Below are positions 56,642-58,601 of a stretch of 58,601 bases of DNA, piece after piece. The number at the start of each line of letters is the position of its first letter. Position 1 is the stretch's first letter. Both the position numbers and the translations under genes were made by a program. The notes under the pieces were generated by a model. That model was not told where the DNA came from. It did not search any database and saw nothing but the letters and a program-made list of their open reading frames with translations. Origin of the DNA: an uncultured Clostridia bacterium (lineage in GTDB: Bacteria > Bacillota > Clostridia > TANB77 > CAG-508). The stretch spans positions 1-58,601 of the forward strand of contig CALXUX010000084.1 of the NCBI GenBank assembly GCA_944391785.1. Direction: 5' to 3'.

Positions 56642-56808
56642 AAAATAAGATATAATAATTTGCGTAGTTACAAGTAGAAGTAATCAGGCTTCTCACCTTA
56701 TCTTATGGAAAAAGGTAGAATAATAAATAAAATACTAAAAAAGTATATATTTATTGTGTTTGATTGACCTTGTAACAAGTGTCAATTTTTTTATGGAGGT
56801 GTTTTAAT

Positions 56809-57318
56809 ATAAAACAAGAATTACCAATCAATGAAAGAATAAGAGAAAAAGAAGTACAATTGATAGGAGTAAATGGAGAAAAAATAGGAGTAGTCTCTAC
56901 TAAAGAAGCATTAGAAATAGCTTTAAAAGAAAACTTAGACTTAGTACTAGTTGCACCAAATAGTACTCCACCAGTTTGCAAAATAATGAACTATGGAAAA
57001 TACAAATTTGAACAAGAAAAAAAAGAAAAAGAAGCAAAGAAAAAGCAAAAAGTACTAGAAGTAAAAGAATTAAGAGTAACTCCAAATATTGAAGAACACG
57101 ATTTTGGCTTCAAATCAAAAAATGCAAGAAAATTCCTAGAAGACGGAAATAAAGTAAAAATAACAGTAAGATTTAGAGGAAGAGAAGTAAACAACACAAA
57201 ACTTGGAGAAGCAGTACTAGATAAATTTATAGAAAATTTACAAGACATTTCAGTAGTTGAAAAAAAGCCAAAATTAGAAGGTAAAAATATGTTTATAATT
57301 TTAGCTAAAAAAGCATAA
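56809..57318 (+). CDS. infC: Translation initiation factor IF-3, probably starting at a non-AUG codon (ATA 56809)
   Basis: The conserved N-terminus IKQELPINERIREKEVQLIG begins at 56809, 9 nt after GGAGG (56795-56799). The track GTG start at 56779 lies upstream of that RBS. Confidence 0.85.
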   Translation: MKQELPINERIREKEVQLIGVNGEKIGVVSTKEALEIALKENLDLVLVAPNSTPPVCKIMNYGKYKFEQEKKEKEAKKKQKVLEVKELRVTPNIEEHDFGFKSKNARKFLEDGNKVKITVRFRGREVNNTKLGEAVLDKFIENLQDISVVEKKPKLEGKNMFIILAKKA

Positions 57319-57366
57319 AGCTTAAAAATAAAATAAAAGCAAAAAAACAAAAAGGAGGAAAAACTA

Positions 57367-57570
57367 ATGGCAAAACTAAAAACAAATAAAGCTGCTAGTA
57401 AAAGATATGCACTAACAGCAACAGGAAAAGTAAAAAGAACAAAATCAAACAGAAGACACTTACTTGCAAACAAAACAAGAAGACAAAAAAAATCAGGAAA
57501 AATTCAAAATGCTTATGCAGATAAAACATGTGAAAAAACAATCAAAAAATTACTACCATATGGTGGATAA
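57367..57570 (+). CDS. rpmI: 50S ribosomal protein L35
   Basis: MAKLKTNKAASKRYALTATGKVKR... Confidence 0.92.
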   Translation: MAKLKTNKAASKRYALTATGKVKRTKSNRRHLLANKTRRQKKSGKIQNAYADKTCEKTIKKLLPYGG

Positions 57571-57604
57571 TAGAACTTAAAATTAGATAAGGAAGGTGAA
57601 AATA

Positions 57605-57955
57605 ATGGCAAGAGTAAAAACAGCAAGAACAACAAGAGCAAGACACAAAAAAATATTAAAACAAGCAAAAGGATATTATGGAGCAAAACACTATAGATTT
57701 AGAAATGCAAACCAAGCAGTATTAAAATCATTATCATATGCATATGTAGGAAGAAAAGACAAGAAAAAAGACTTTAGAAAACTATGGATAGCAAGAATAA
57801 ATGCAGCAGCAAGAATGAATGGAATAACATATAGCAAAATGATAGCAGGTTTAAAGAAAGCAAATGTTACAATAAACAGAAAAATGCTTGCAGAAATGGC
57901 AGTAACAGATCCAAAAGCATTTACAGAAGTTGCTGAAATTGCTAAAAAAGCATAG
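57605..57955 (+). CDS. rplT: 50S ribosomal protein L20
   Basis: [26 protein letters not shown]... I prefer the ATG at 57605 (AAGGAAGG upstream) over the track GTG at 57596. Confidence 0.92.
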   Translation: MARVKTARTTRARHKKILKQAKGYYGAKHYRFRNANQAVLKSLSYAYVGRKDKKKDFRKLWIARINAAARMNGITYSKMIAGLKKANVTINRKMLAEMAVTDPKAFTEVAEIAKKA

Positions 57956-58351
57956 ATTTTAAATTTAATATTAAATAAAAAATAAAAAATAAAAAAGCTG
58001 TTCTTTTATTAAAAAGAGGCTTTTTTTGATGTTTATATGATAGAAGTATGTAATTAAGTATAAAAATTAATAAAAAACTCTAATTCTACCTATTATTGAT
58101 ACATTAATAAATTTATAAATTTCCATTTTATATTTTCTGCAAATTTTTTACAAAAAAATATTTTTACTATATTGACTTATCATATTATAAATGCTATATT
58201 ATTTTTATATTTTCCAATTCATTAATTTTTTATACTTAATTATAAAATAATTCTATAGTCATTAAAAATGATAAAAAAACATAGACAAAAATATTATAAT
58301 GTGATAATTTAATTAATGAAAGTAAATATGAAAAATAGGGGAGGTAAACAA

Positions 58352-58601
58352 ATGTTAAAAAAAGAAAAAAGTAAAAGTACGAAAGAGATAGGAATTACAT
58401 TAATAGCACTAGTCATTACAATAATAGTGTTATTAATATTAGCAGCAGTAAGTATAGCAACATTAACAGGAGAGAATGGAATATTAACAAGGGCAAATGA
58501 AGCAAAAACAGAAACAGAAGAGGCAAAAGAAGATGAATTAAGAAGATTAACAGCATTAGAAGCAGCAACGAATCTGGAAGATACAACATATACTGATAAA
58601 A
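58352..58601 (+). CDS. Pseudopilin-like protein with a prepilin-type N-terminal segment (3' partial, runs off the window)
   Basis: GGAGGTAAACAAATG, then MLKKEKSKSTKEIGITLIALVITIIVLLILAAVSIATLTGENGILTRANEAK... Confidence 0.7.
   Translation, partial: MLKKEKSKSTKEIGITLIALVITIIVLLILAAVSIATLTGENGILTRANEAKTETEEAKEDELRRLTALEAATNLEDTTYTDK

Overview
This is a strongly AT-rich chromosomal segment of a low-GC Firmicute. It looks Clostridia-like: spoIIM, a YjcZ-like Cys/Gly peptide and an rnpB gene are present. Almost all of it is housekeeping: dxs, a ylmH-like gene, addA, pth, rng, rimO, trpS, obg, rpsO, pnp, queA, gpsA, dtd, rnpB, an RluA-family synthase, trmB, pfkA, a tsaB-rimI fusion, tsaE, mreB, mtaB, an acyl-CoA ligase, a cell-wall glucosaminidase, ireB-ruvX-DUF1292, rbgA, mrnC, an alpha-glucan phosphorylase, tmcAL, rnhA, an EndoQ-like gene, spoIIM, xerD and infC-rpmI-rplT. 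I saw no rRNA, tRNA, CRISPR array, cas genes, prophage or obvious defence island. The most interesting signal is dispersed rather than a gene cluster. The codon CGG is in frame only four times in the window, and each time it sits at a reading-frame break (dxs, obg, mtaB and a Zn-ribbon protein). Skipping the C (+1) and reading the next GGN as Gly repairs the break, restoring conserved sequence in three cases. This could be CGG-triggered +1 or quadruplet recoding, a systematic assembly artefact, or gene decay. Other notable items: a family of roughly 200-bp near-perfect palindromes with unrelated stems but shared flanking motifs (44.0 kb and 50.7 kb, with partial copies elsewhere); a 31-bp four-half-site GGTCA/TGACC palindromic repeat at four loci, one of which supplies a gene's C-terminus; a three-gene operon encoding a receiver-like / AT-hook / LPGFE-repeat / degenerate ParA-MinD protein plus a degenerate GGDEF protein; a 19-nt poly(A) tract inside mreB; and several tandem duplications that echo gene ends. 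All functional calls come from motif recognition by eye. No database search was run.
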